A stretch of DNA of 63,061 nucleotides, counting the filler, from Octopus bimaculoides (lineage: Eukaryota): NCBI RefSeq assembly GCF_001194135.2. It is 4 parts of 4 records of this genome, joined end to end, with 100 filler letters (N's around TTAATTAATTAA, not from the genome) between each part and the next. Parts side by side here need not be neighbours in the genome. Positions count along the whole stretch, not along the records: positions 1 to 26,432 come from NC_068983.1; 3 more parts are not named here. One strand, 5' to 3'. A program made the position numbers and the translations under genes. The notes below the pieces were generated by a model. That model made no database searches, was not told the origin of the DNA, and saw only the letters and a program-made list of their open reading frames with translations. Within the stretch, counting starts at the first letter, position 1; every line of letters starts with the position of its first letter. This document shows positions 1-12,329 of this stretch, one piece after another.

Positions 1-59
1 AAAAATAAAAAGAAAATAATAAATAAATAAGTGGAAATTTTACCAGTGTGTGTGTTAAA

Positions 60-760
60 TTATAAGACACCAAAAGAGAATGACTCTCCCCTGACACAAC
101 AGAATACAAACATACATAGGTGCAGGACGTTACCAACTGTAAACAACATGAAGTACAAAAACAAATGAGTTAAATATGCAAACAACGAGAAATAAATGGA
201 AAACAAGACTAGTAACATAAAGAACGACCCTTCCTCAGTTGTGGGCTTTCTATCTACTCCTCATTTCGAGCATTCAATGACAATATGAGTCTTCGAAGAC
301 AGTTGCTCCCATAAGTACCAAAATGAAATTTTGGATTTATAGAGTCTAAATTAGGAACAAAAACAGGACAGTGAAGACATACAAGGAAACCGAACGAAGA
401 CAAACATGGGGGGTCATTAGACCAGAATGAGGAGGAAATAGTGAACGCTGAGAGAAATATTTTCTTTGAAAAGAGAAAAAATAGAAGAGAGATAGAAGAC
501 GTCCAATCCTTAGAACGTCCGCGCAGGAAAAGAAAGATGGTCACGTGAGGAAAAGAAAGATGGACGATGGTCACGTGTGAGCAATGAGAGAGAAAAAGAC
601 AAAGAGGAGAGAGAGATACATAAAAAAACGGTGGAGAAAAAGGGAATTAGAGAAGGATGGGGGAGAAAACAGTATAGAGTCGCATCAAAAAGGTTAAGAT
701 AAACTTACTTGGAAATGGATGCGTGGCGTTCTATTAAATAATAATGTAAATGATAAATAT
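60..760 (-). mobile_element. Repeat fragment, probably derived from a Penelope-like element terminal region (family P)
   Basis: About 145-340 aligns by eye with the arms of the 18858-19308 fold-back. 680-735 (gagtcgcatc...aaacttacttgg) resembles 61028-61085. Both carry a minus-strand GTAAGT donor-like site. The PLE assignment is an inference. Confidence 0.45.
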
Positions 761-1625
761 ATGCATATATATATACATATACATATATATATACATATGC
801 ACATATATATATACATACACACGCATATATATATATATTATATATATATATGTATATATATATANNNNNNNNNNNNNNNNNNNNNNNNNNNNNNNNNNNN
901 NNNNNNNNNNNNNNNNNNNNNNNNNNNNNNNNNNNNNNNNNNNNNNNNNNNNNNNNNNNNNNNNNNNNNNNNNNNNNNNNNNNNNNNNNNNNNNNNNNNN
1001 NNNNNNNNNNNNNNNNNNNNNNNNNNNNNNNNNNNNNNNNNNNNNNNNNNNNNNNNNNNNNNNNNNNNNNNNNNNNNNNNNNNNNNNNNNNNNNNNNNNN
1101 NNNNNNNNNNNNNNNNNNNNNNNNNNNNNNNNNNNNNNNNNNNNNNNNNNNNNNNNNNNNNNNNNNNNNNNNNNNNNNNNNNNNNNNNNNNNNNNNNNNN
1201 NNNNNNNNNNNNNNNNNNNNNNNNNNNNNNNNNNNNNNNNNNNNNNNNNNNNNNNNNNNNNNNNNNNNNNNNNNNNNNNNNNNNNNNNNNNNNNNNNNNN
1301 NNNNNNNNNNNNNNNNNNNNNNNNNNNNNNNNNNNNNNNNNNNNNNNNNNNNNNNNNNNNNNNNNNNNNNNNNNNNNNNNNNNNNNNNNNNNNNNNNNNN
1401 NNNNNNNNNNNNNNNNNNNNNNNNNNNNNNNNNNNNNNNNNNNNNNNNNNNNNNNNNNNNNNNNNNNNNNNNNNNNNNNNNNNNNNNNNNNNNNNNNNNN
1501 NNNNNNNNNNNNNNNNNNNNNNNNNNNNNNNNNNNNNNNNNNNNNNCATACATACACGACTGTGCCAAGTCCTCATTAAAGGCTTGTGATACATACATAC
1601 ATACATACATACATACATACATACA

Positions 1626-1654
<29 letters not shown>

Positions 1655-1656
<2 letters not shown>

Positions 1657-2675
1657 GGTGGTTGTCTACTCCTTATGCAGAGCTTGACCACCTCCTGTAC
1701 TTACACCTTAGCACTATCATGGCATCTGATGTGGCTTTTTAAACCAGGCAACGTTCTGAAAAGACACCCACATAGATTGCACCTCCGATTTGGACCACCA
1801 AGAGCTGCAGATAAATTCTGTTTTCTGTGGATCTTAAAATGTCTCTAGATGCCTCCGTTGGATTTGCAAACCTTCTGGCATACACTGCATTCACAGACAT
1901 ATAGGCAGAATAGTTGGTGGAGGTTTGTTTTCCATGCGTTTGCAAATGAGGCCAGCAAAAGAGAGGCATGGTCTGTCACAAACTGTGCACACAAAAAGGT
2001 AATTGTCATTCACCTTCTCGATCGTTACATTCTTCCTTAGATCTCTTTTGAGTCTTACTTCTGTTATCCTGGCCTCTTCAAATGCTTTCACTCCACTCCA
2101 CACAGTTCGGCATCCAACTCGATCCGAAGCAAGGGTTTCTATATCTTCTGAAACCATTCCCAGTGACTTCATAGTAGTCCTTAAGCCGTCCTTAAACCTT
2201 TTTAGGTTTACGCCGATAGCGTTTCTCCTCTGCAAGCTCACCATAAAACAGCTGTTTCGGTATGCGTTCATCTGCCATTCGAACAATATGGCCACACCAT
2301 CTCAATTGGTTCCTCAAAATCATAGCTTTAATGGACGTGATGCCTGCAGATGCAAGGACATCTGTGTTTGGAGTAAAAAACTCCATTTAATTTTTAAAAT
2401 GCGATGAAGACATTTTTGGTGGAATTTTTCTAACAATTTAAAATGCCTTTCATAACAAGTCCAAATTTCACAGGAATACAACAGGGATGGTAAGACAAAT
2501 GATTTGTGAAGAGCCAGCTTTGTATTCTTATTTATATGTTGCTGGCACCAAACACGTGACTCTAAGCCACCAAATGCTTTTGCTGCCCTTTGAATTCGCA
2601 GTTGTATTTCTGTATCAAGATTTCCAAGGTAGACGAATGAATCGACAAACTCAAGTAACTTTCCCATAAAAATTT
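1655..2675 (-). mobile_element. RTE-clade (BovB-like) LINE, 5'-truncated 3' fragment with frameshifts and a (TATG)n tail
   Basis: Peptides FVYLG..DTEIQLRIQRAAKAFG.L..RVW, VLPSLLYSCEIWT, FHQKCLHRILKIKW, LRWCGHIVRMADERIPKQLFYGEL and C2H2-like CTVCDRPC / CNLCGCLF..LKSHIRCH are typical of the RTE ORF C-terminus. Confidence 0.9.
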
Positions 2676-2744
2676 TACATACATAGATACATACATACAT
2701 ACAAAGATACATACATACATACATACATACATACTGACTGACTG

Positions 2745-3080
2745 AGACCCCTTCGGTCATGACTGACCATGGGATTGCACCTAGAAAGTTACTCTCCCAG
2801 GCATAAGTCCGGGCAAGGTTGTTTATGGGAAACCAGCAGTCGCCCATGCATACCAGCCTTTCCTCTCTCCACGCCACCGATGTTATCCAAGGCAAGAGCA
2901 AGAGCTGATACAGCTTGGCACCAGTGACGTCGCAACTTATTTCTACAGCTGAGTGAACTGGAGCGACGTCAAATAAAGTATCTTGCTCAAGAACACAACA
3001 CGCAGCCCGGTCAGGGATTCGAACTCACAACCTCACGATTGTAAGCTCGACGCTCTAACAACTAAGCCATGCGCCTTCAC
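2745..3080 (-). mobile_element. Full-length tRNA-derived SINE, family A (CORE-like centre)
   Basis: The head has an A box (TGGCTTAGTTG) and a B box (GTTCGAATCC). The body matches 9672-10010 along its length. Confidence 0.9.
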
Positions 3081-3480
<400 letters not shown>

Positions 3481-4114
3481 AATTTCTTTTCTAAATTATG
3501 ACGGTAAACTCCAGCAGGTGATCGTCATTTATTACCAGTGTATTAATAGAGAATGTTTGTGAATGCGATTATCATTTTAATAAAATGATTAAGTATGTCA
3601 AACACGTTTAGAAAGAAATATTTTACAGATTGTTGTTATTGTGTGGACGAGATAACGAGTTATGTTGCGGTATATGAAGGCAAATCTTGATGAAGTACGA
3701 GTTTAAATCGCACTTTCAGTCTGTTTGCTTTTAGATAAAGCTGAGCGTAATTTGTAATTCCTAATCAACATGGTTACATATAGTTACTAGTAAATAATAT
3801 TTTAATAGACCTTTAATAGAACATCAGAATTACTTTAGCAAAGCGATTGTTGTTGATATCAACAGAGTATTCGTAAAAAAATTCTTGATAAAATTCGAGA
3901 TAAAATAAACGCGATATGAAGCCTTTTTATTTTTTGAATTTACATTCTGCCGAGGTCAACTTTGCCTCTCATCTTTTCCATATAAAATAAAGTACTGTTT
4001 AAGTACCTGAATAGATTTCGTTTTCCTATTGAGCGATATGGTTGAGTCGTTAGAGCGTGGCTCAAAATGCTTGACGGGTATTTGATTTGGCTCTTTGCAC
4101 TCTTTGAGTCCGAA

Positions 4115-4450
4115 TCACGCACGAGTTAACTGTATCTTTAATTCGGGGTTTTCAATAAAATAGGAATACCAGTCCAGGATACTGGAATAGCGGAAACATA
4201 ATAGCATCGGACGAAATGCTTTATGGTATTTCTTCCGGATGTTTTCGTTTGCAAGTTTTTGGTTAAGAGAATTTATCTGTTTCCCAATTAATATAACTAT
4301 CCCCGCTTTAACTTCTTTCAGAGGGTTCACTCGGTTGCAGAGATTCGATCTAGATAATTCAGTTTCAGGGTTAATACCTAAATTCCTCACAATTGGCTCC
4401 GAGACCCTCAGAGATACAAAGAATCGTAAGTACTGTCTTTCCCTCCCGAA
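4115..4450 (-). pseudogene. Open-frame remnant of about 110 codons downstream of two hammerhead motifs; possibly the N-terminus of a Penelope-like ORF
   Basis: Frame FGRERQYLRFFVSLRVSEPIVRNLG...LNQKLANENIRKKYHKAF...IQLTRA* is open. No recognisable catalytic motif; the assignment rests on context only. Confidence 0.25.
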
Positions 4451-4478
4451 CTAAAATATCACAAAAATATCACAAAAA

Positions 4479-4520
4479 AGCTGCTACTCAGATTTTCACA
4501 TTCCTGTTCGTCAGGTAGTT
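4479..4520 (-). ncRNA. Degenerate minimal type I hammerhead ribozyme
   Basis: AACTAC-CTGACGA-ACA ggaa TGT-GAAA-ATCTGAG-TA-GCAGCT. Core intact, stem II 3 bp, stem I pairs 4 of 6, one stem III mismatch. Confidence 0.5.
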
Positions 4521-4825
4521 GAAATATATATAAAAATTCAGGATTCGAGTGAATCAGGTACCTGAATAGAAAAGCACCAAGTTCGGGTCAAAGAAATAGC
4601 AGTCGTATACAAAACAAAATTAGAGGAACATATACGTACATACGAAGCACAGATTGATTAATATTCCAGTTGCATACACGATCACAAGCGACTGAATATA
4701 CCATGAGTCTCAAGGAACGCACACTGCTCCAATTGTACTACACTTAGTAGACTCCAGATCTATGTTAAAAGCAGATTCCGAGTATGGTGAATAACGAACA
4801 AATAACAATAGATAGTATTGGTTCG

Positions 4826-4914
4826 TTCACTACAGCTGTTTCAAACGAGTTTTTTTTTTTTTTTTGATAAATAGAGTTACTACATTATGAAAAAATCCGT
4901 TTTCATCAGGTGAA
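4826..4914 (-). ncRNA. Type I hammerhead ribozyme with enlarged stem II and palindromic stem III
   Basis: TTCAC-CTGATGA-AAACG..CGTTT-GAAA-CAGCTG-TA-GTGAA. Stem I is 5/5, the stem II base is 5/5, ACAGCTGT is a palindrome, and the predicted GUA cleavage falls between 4831 and 4830. Confidence 0.8.
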
Positions 4915-5249
4915 TAATATACAAGAATTAAACATTTAAAAAAATGTTTATATCTTTTAACTCGCTCATTATCTCTTAATGTTTTCTGGCTGGAACTTTG
5001 ACGTCCAGTTATTTAAAGATTGAAAAGAAAATAAACAACCTTATCTTTTGAAGTTAGAGCAGAATATCAAATTCTCATCCTCTATTCTATATTCTTCAGA
5101 ACTGCTCCTCGCCTCCCTCCCCGCTCCTGTCACCTTAATGATTTTCTTGTGTAAACTACTAACTAGGGTAAGCGAATCATTCTTTGGCTGAAAGAGGTAA
5201 GGAAATCATGAAGTGACACATAATGTTGATTCTTGGAATGTTTTTTTTT

Positions 5250-5355
5250 TAATGTTTAATTCGTGTATATTCACCCGATGAAAACGTTTTATTTTTTTCG
5301 CATGATGTAATAACTCTATTCATCAACAAAAACAAACTCATTTCAAACAATAGAC
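5250..5355 (+). repeat. Decayed inverted copy of the 4830-4940 hammerhead-bearing repeat
   Basis: aatgtttaatt..tattcacCCGATGAaaacg..taactctatt..aaactcatttCAAA is the reverse complement of 4830-4940 with many substitutions; the 3' core is lost. Confidence 0.75.
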
Positions 5356-5436
5356 AACTGATGCTATTTGTATGTATGTATGTATGTATGTATGTATGCA
5401 TGCATGCAGGTAGGTAGGTAGGTAGGTAGGTAGGTT

Positions 5437-5500
<64 letters not shown>

Positions 5501-5836
5501 TGAATATATACATATACAATGTACAAACGAACACAATGCTTCAAAATTTCTCAGCATGGAATGTAAAGTAGTAGATAAATAAATAATGACAACATCGAGT
5601 AAATTCAAAAAGACTTTTTAAGTATAGTATCATCATGTTTCACCCTTTGATACCTCGAGGAAAAACGTACGCACACGCACAAATGCACATACAGAGACAC
5701 ACGCAAACACACACATATACATATATGTGTATTGGCTACTTTGCTATTATTCCCCTGGATCTTTCCTATAAATTGAACACTCATACATATATACGTATAT
5801 ATATTATATATATGTATGCATGTATATATGTATAGG

Positions 5837-5881
<45 letters not shown>

Positions 5882-7315
5882 AGAATTCACAATAAAAACA
5901 CAAAAGACGATGACAGGTGGTGTAGAAAACAAACAGACGTATTAGTATAACGCTCGGGAATAGAGAAAGTCTTTANNNNNNNNNNNNNNNNNNNNNNNNN
6001 NNNNNNNNNNNNNNNNNNNNNNNNNNNNNNNNNNNNNNNNNNNNNNNNNNNNNNNNNNNNNNNNNNNNNNNNNNNNNNNNNNNNNNNNNNNNNNNNNNNN
6101 NNNNNNNNNNNNNNNNNNNNNNNNNNNNNNNNNNNNNNNNNNNNNNNNNNNNNNNNNNNNNNNNNNNNNNNNNNNNNNNNNNNNNNNNNNNNNNNNNNNN
6201 NNNNNNNNNNNNNNNNNNNNNNNNNNNNNNNNNNNNNNNNNNNNNNNNNNNNNNNNNNNNNNNNNNNNNNNNNNNNNNNNNNNNNNNNNNNNNNNNNNNN
6301 NNNNNNNNNNNNNNNNNNNNNNNNNNNNNNNNNNNNNNNNNNNNNNNNNNNNNNNNNNNNNNNNNNNNNNNNNNNNNNNNNNNNNNNNNNNNNNNNNNNN
6401 NNNNNNNNNNNNNNNNNNNNNNNNNNNNNNNNNNNNNNNNNNNNNNNNNNNNNNNNNNNNNNNNNNNNNNNNNNNNNNNNNNNNNNNNNNNNNNNNNNNN
6501 NNNNNNNNNNNNNNNNNNNNNNNNNNNNNNNNNNNNNNNNNNNNNNNNNNNNNNNNNNNNNNNNNNNNNNNNNNNNNNNNNNNNNNNNNNNNATATATAT
6601 GTTCATCTTTATTTCACAGTTGCTAAAAACTACAATATATTTTTCTACAATCATTTACTTTCATATTTTAAACATTTTGTTATTATTCTTGTTACTGTTT
6701 CAGTTATTGTGTGCCTTTCTTTTTCTTCCTTCTTTCCTTTTTTTCCGATAGATTTCCGTTTGGTTTAGATAATCCATTTGGTTCAATTATGAAGCGACAT
6801 TTTCAAAAGAACAAGGTCATTTTTCAAAAAAGTAACGTTAAGGACTAAAGGCTTAGAAAATGACAAATGTCTGGATGTCGGTTGCTCAGTGAAAATAAAT
6901 ACATTTTAAAAAAAAAACTGTCAATGGTGAATTTAATATTAAAATTAAGCAACACAGGAATGTCGTCTGCGACTGTGAGTGTTTCTGTGGCTGCTGCTGT
7001 TGCCAATATAGTATTCCGTCTTAGTGTTATTGTGGTGTTAAATATGATTGTTTTTACTGTTTGTTTGGTTGGTTAGGTCCTGGTTTGTCTTTTACTTTTG
7101 AAGCAACCATAAATTATATCAACAAAGAAATAAAAAAAAGAATTACAAAATGGGAAAATAGATAGTGGCATAGGTAGATAGAGGCGATATACGTTGAAAC
7201 GGAAACGACACAGGAGGTAAAAAAAACCATACATGTACAGAGATATATGTAGATACATCAGCAGATCTGTATACATGCGTGTGTGTGTGTGTGTGTGTAT
7301 AAATATGTGTCTATA

Positions 7316-7389
<74 letters not shown>

Positions 7390-7601
7390 TATATACAGAT
7401 GGGGAGTCTGTGTATTTCGACAAAAATATACTGTGATACATTACAGTAAGATTAGGAGACACGTATATACACATAAATACATCCAAATGTATAGAGATGA
7501 CTAAGCTGTCACTAAAAATATACTTATGAATTCATGTTAATATACGTAGATTAACTATTTCTATTATAACAGTAACTCTCAAACTTTCACTTCTCCCCTA
7601 A

Positions 7602-7643
<42 letters not shown>

Positions 7644-7780
7644 TTCTCATTTATTTATTTACGTGATGTATGTATTTGTGTATGTATGTGTGTGTATATA
7701 TATATATATATACAAAAAACATATATACATATACTAGATACGTATATATAATACATATATACATGCATAAATATATGTGC

Positions 7781-7813
<33 letters not shown>

Positions 7814-8419
7814 NNNNNNNNNNNNNNNNNNNNNNNNNNNNNNNNNNNNNNNNNNNNNNNNNNNNNNNNNNNNNNNNNNNNNNNNNNNNNNNNNNNNNNN
7901 NNNNNNNNNNNNNNNNNNNNNNNNNNNNNNNNNNNNNNNNNNNNNNNNNNNNNNNNNNNNNNNNNNNNNNNNNNNNNNNNNNNNNNNNNNNNNNNNNNNN
8001 NNNNNNNNNNNNNNNNNNNNNNNNNNNNNNNNNNNNNNNNNNNNNNNNNNNNNNNNNNNNNNNNNNNNNNNNNNNNNNNNNNNNNNNNNNNNNNNNNNNN
8101 NNNNNNNNNNNNNNNNNNNNNNNNNNNNNNNNNNNNNNNNNNNNNNNNNNNNNNNNNNNNNNNNNNNNNNNNNNNNNNNNNNNNNNNNNNNNNNNNNNNN
8201 NNNNNNNNNNNNNNNNNNNNNNNNNNNNNNNNNNNNNNNNNNNNNNNNNNNNNNNNNNNNNNNNNNNNNNNNNNNNNNNNNNNNNNNNNNNNNNNNNNNN
8301 NNNNNNNNNNNNNNNNNNNNNNNNNNNNNNNNNNNNNNNNNNNNNNNNNNNNNNNNNNNNNNNNNNNNNNNNNNNNNNNNNNNNNNNNNNNNNNNNNNNN
8401 NNNNNNNNNNNNNNNNNNN

Positions 8420-8458
<39 letters not shown>

Positions 8459-8696
8459 TATACATATATATATGTTATATACATGCATATAAATATGTAT
8501 ATATATATACGTATAGATATATGCACATATACGCATGCACGCACGCACACATACACACACACATATACATGCGCATACAGACACGTCGCTATTCGCATTA
8601 CTATATGTATATATGCGCGCGCACACACACGCGTGTGTGTAAAAAAATTGATCAATCATATATAATATATCTAATATCGTTGCAGTATATATTTTT

Positions 8697-8735
<39 letters not shown>

Positions 8736-8949
8736 CATACATACATACATACATACATACATACATACATACATACTGAACGATATTATATATGATTTAT
8801 CAATATTTTATACACATACAGACACAGATACATATGTACATACACACACACATGTATGGATATATAAGTACGCATACATACACACACACACACACAGAAG
8901 TTTTGAGGAGGGGTATTTTTTTTATTTTATTTATTTATTTTTTTTTTTT

Positions 8950-10087
8950 TTCAGGAAAGACATTTATTAATTTCAAAGTGCAAAACTCCAATGTCTTTCA
9001 GAATAGGATCCTCTAACCTCAATTCACTTTTTGTTGCGCTCCAGCCACTTCGTCAAGGCCCTATAGAAGTTCTATAAAAGTAAAGGTGCCCATGTCTCTT
9101 GTCATAACTTCCTTCTTTAACTTCTTTTACTTGGGGATCAACCAAAATTGAAAGGGTGCAAGGTCTGGATTATTGATAGTTTTGATGGTTACCAGGATGG
9201 AACTGTGGACAGGTATTCTGGCCTTTATGACGAAATTTCTACCTTAACATCCTGAAAACCCCACAAAGTACTCTTTGTTGAATGTCTTGCCAGAGAGAAC
9301 CCAGTGGATGTAGATGAAATTCTTACTGTTGTAAAAGGGCATGAACATAGCTTTCCTGGTGGACATACTATGCCTGGCTTCTTGTGCCAGCAAATATCAG
9401 ATGCTAGGCCCATATGGATTAAGTTAATCCATAAGCAATTTGGAACATATCATAAGTTTCCGTCGCGTTTTTGCCCAGTTTAATAGAAAACTTTATTGCA
9501 TAGCGAGTTTCCAAAATGTCTTCACGTTCCAATTGCATTCTGCAAACTGGTCAACTGTGGCAAGCAATGTTTAGTAGGGTATGTTCAAAGTGTTGTTACA
9601 GCCGTCTCCATCAATCTGGAATAACTAAAGTCAGGTCAGCTTATTATATGAATAGTAATGATATACTAAAAAGCGAATGGTTCAGTGGTTGGCGCGTCGG
9701 GTTCACAATCATGAAGTAGTGAGTCCAATTTCCGGACTGGGCTGTGTGTTGTGTTCTTGAGCAAGACACTTTATTTCAGGTTGCTCCAATTTACTCAGCT
9801 GTAGAAATGAGTTGCGACGTCACCAGTGCCAAGCTGTATCAGTCTTTGCCTTTCCCTTGGATGACGTCGGTGTTATAGAGAAGGGAGGCTTGTATGCATG
9901 GGTGATTGCAAGCCTTCCATAAAAACAACCTTACCCGGTCTTGTGCTTCAGAGAGTAACTATCTAGGTGCAATCCCATGGTCATTCATGAAACCTTTACC
10001 TTTTTACTTCACTAAAATTACAATAACCTAGGACAGCTATAAATACCTATCCGAAAAAGTTTCAAATTTTCTGGAATGCACCTCATA
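8950..10087 (-). mobile_element. Mariner (Tc1/mariner) DNA transposon, internally deleted and decayed, interrupted by a SINE
   Basis: From the ATG at 9538: MQLEREDILETRYAIKFSIKLGKNATETYDM, then RKAMFMPFYNSKNFIYIHWVLSGKTFNKEY, PVHSSILVT, NPDLAPFQFWLIPK and FYRALTKWLERNKK*IEVRGSY. A TIR-like TATGAGGTGCATTCCAGAAAATTTGAAAC ends at a TA near 10087. Confidence 0.9.
9672..10010 (+). mobile_element. tRNA-derived SINE family A nested in the mariner 5' UTR
   Basis: Colinear with 2745-3080. Flanked by ACTAAAA at 9665-9671 and 10011-10017 (candidate TSD). Confidence 0.9.
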
Positions 10088-10094
10088 TATGTAT

Positions 10095-10137
<43 letters not shown>

Positions 10138-10430
10138 NNNNNNNNNNNNNNNNNNNNNNNNNNNNNNNNNNNNNNNNNNNNNNNNNNNNNNNNNNNNNNN
10201 NNNNNNNNNNNNNNNNNNNNNNNNNNNNNNNNNNNNNNNNNNNNNNNNNNNNNNNNNNNNNNNNNNNNNNNNNNNNNNNNNNNNNNNNNNNNNNNNNNNN
10301 NNNNNNNNNNNNNNNNNNNNNNNNNNNNNNNNNNNNNNNNNNNNNNNNNNNNNNNNNNNNNNNNNNNNNNNNNNNNNNNNNNNNNNNNNNNNNNNNNNNN
10401 NNNNNNNNNNNNNNNNNNNNNNNNNNNNNN

Positions 10431-10471
<41 letters not shown>

Positions 10472-10710
10472 TACATGCATATATATATATATATATATAA
10501 ATATATAAGTTAATTAAAAGGATGATTACCTCCAAGAAAACACTGGTTCTATAACTTATGTCTGGGAAATAAAATTTCCCTAAATCAATAGGTATATATT
10601 AAGTATATAATCCGTATTAAATTAAAAGAAGAAAATGGAGAGTTGGTTGTTTAATATTTATTTATAAATTGATAATCATTTCTTCCTGCAGCTGTTTCTA
10701 TTTCTTCCAT

Positions 10711-10796
10711 TTCTTCCTACAGCTGTTTCATAAATTACAAATTCATGCTTTAAATTTGTATTTATAAGTTATGAGCAAAATATCATCAGGGAAGAA
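10711..10796 (-). ncRNA. Type I hammerhead-like motif
   Basis: TTCTTCC-CTGATGA-[53 nt containing the hairpin TACAAATT/AATTTGTA]-GAAA-CAGCTG-TA-GGAAGAA. Stem I is 7/7; the base of stem II is not cleanly paired. Confidence 0.65.
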
Positions 10797-11107
10797 TTAG
10801 ACATTAAAAAATTACATGCTGACCTATCTGTTCATTCCAGCAGATACGTGTGATAAAACTGAGACCAGACAACAACAGCAACAACAACAACATCAATATC
10901 AACAACATATAGAGAAACTAATATTTCGAAATAAACTAATTCTTCAATGTCTATAACACAAATTTTTTTGTTGTTAGGCAACAAACACAACTATTTTATA
11001 ATATAAATGTGTGTATGTATATATATATTGTTTGTTGCCTAACTACAAACAAATTTGTGACATAGACATTGAAGAATTAGTTTATTTCGAAATATTAGTT
11101 TCTCTAT

Positions 11108-11114
11108 ATGTTGC

Positions 11115-11205
<91 letters not shown>
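11108..11205. repeat. (GTT)n-(GCT)n trinucleotide tract
   Basis: Direct reading; source of the poly-V and poly-L ORFs. Confidence 0.95.
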
Positions 11206-11208
<3 letters not shown>

Positions 11209-12094
11209 CGGTCTCACTTTTAGCACATGTACCAAACCAATGGCGAAATGTCTTCCATTTTTAACTACCTGTCTTTTTCCATGTCTAATATTTCTTTACC
11301 TGATAGTTTCTTTCTTGCTGAAAATGGCAAGGTGTAATTTCATGCAGAATTAGCTGCTATTTTTAACAAGTTGAACGTCGGTGTAAAGGCTTTCTGATTG
11401 ATCCATAATCATAACATTTCTTTTTGTTGCTTTTACATGCTTAAGTCAGCTCTGATCGAGCAAACCTATAATCAAAGGCATCCCAGAAATGACCGTCCCG
11501 TCTTTTTCTTCTGTACAGATACTATATGCATCATCCTATGAGTCTTTTTAAAAGATAGTATGCTAAGACTACAACAGGCTAACTGGTAATCCAGTTGATA
11601 GGTTAAATGGTAATCTCGTTGACAGGTTAAATGGTAATCTAGTTAATAAAGGTAATCTATTTAATTGAAGTGCATTGTTATTGTTGTTTAACACCAGAGC
11701 AGACCATCACACATTTCCCTGTTTTTTATTGTTTGTATTTTTGTTTTGTTTATTTCATGTACAGTTTACTTAAGATCGCATTATCGTGCATATCTTTCCA
11801 GTTTTGAGAAAAAGTGAGCAATAACCAATCACATAGAAGCTCCTTGATTGACTCTTAGCATCTATTGAAATGTAGTGCAAACTATTACTACCTTATACAC
11901 GCCACAAACAACATTTCATATATTCTCTATATCCAGTAGCTATATTTATCTAACGGATGGTCAATTGGTAAAGTCGTTAGGGTGTTGGACAGGTGTTTAG
12001 CTAGAGTTGTTTAGATTCTTAGCGTTGCTTCATATATTCTTTATATCCAATGGCTATTTTTATCTAACGGCTGGTCGATAAGCAAATTCATTAC

Positions 12095-12313
12095 AATATT
12101 GGTTTCAATTTTTGGCACAAGGCCAGCAAATTTGGGGGAAGGAGTAAGTCGTTTATATCGACTCCAGTGCTAAACTGGTACTTATTTTATCGATCCCGAA
12201 AGAATAAAAGGGAAACTCAACCTCGGCGAAATTTGAACTCAGAACGTAAGGATGGACGAAATGCCGTTAGGCATTTTGCTCTGCGTGCTTATGAGTCTGC
12301 TGGCTCACCGCCT
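12095..12313 (-). mobile_element. tRNA-derived SINE family C
   Basis: Matches 24846-25062; head aggcggtgagccagcag...gagttcaaatt with a B-box-like motif. Confidence 0.85.
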
Positions 12314-12329
12314 CAACGAGTATAAATGC

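Noticed and set aside
3005-3080. tRNA-like sequence at SINE heads
   Set aside because: It has A and B boxes but no full cloverleaf and continues into a SINE body.
9255-9482. Open plus-strand frame KPHKVLFVECLARE...
   Set aside because: It is the antisense shadow of the mariner transposase.
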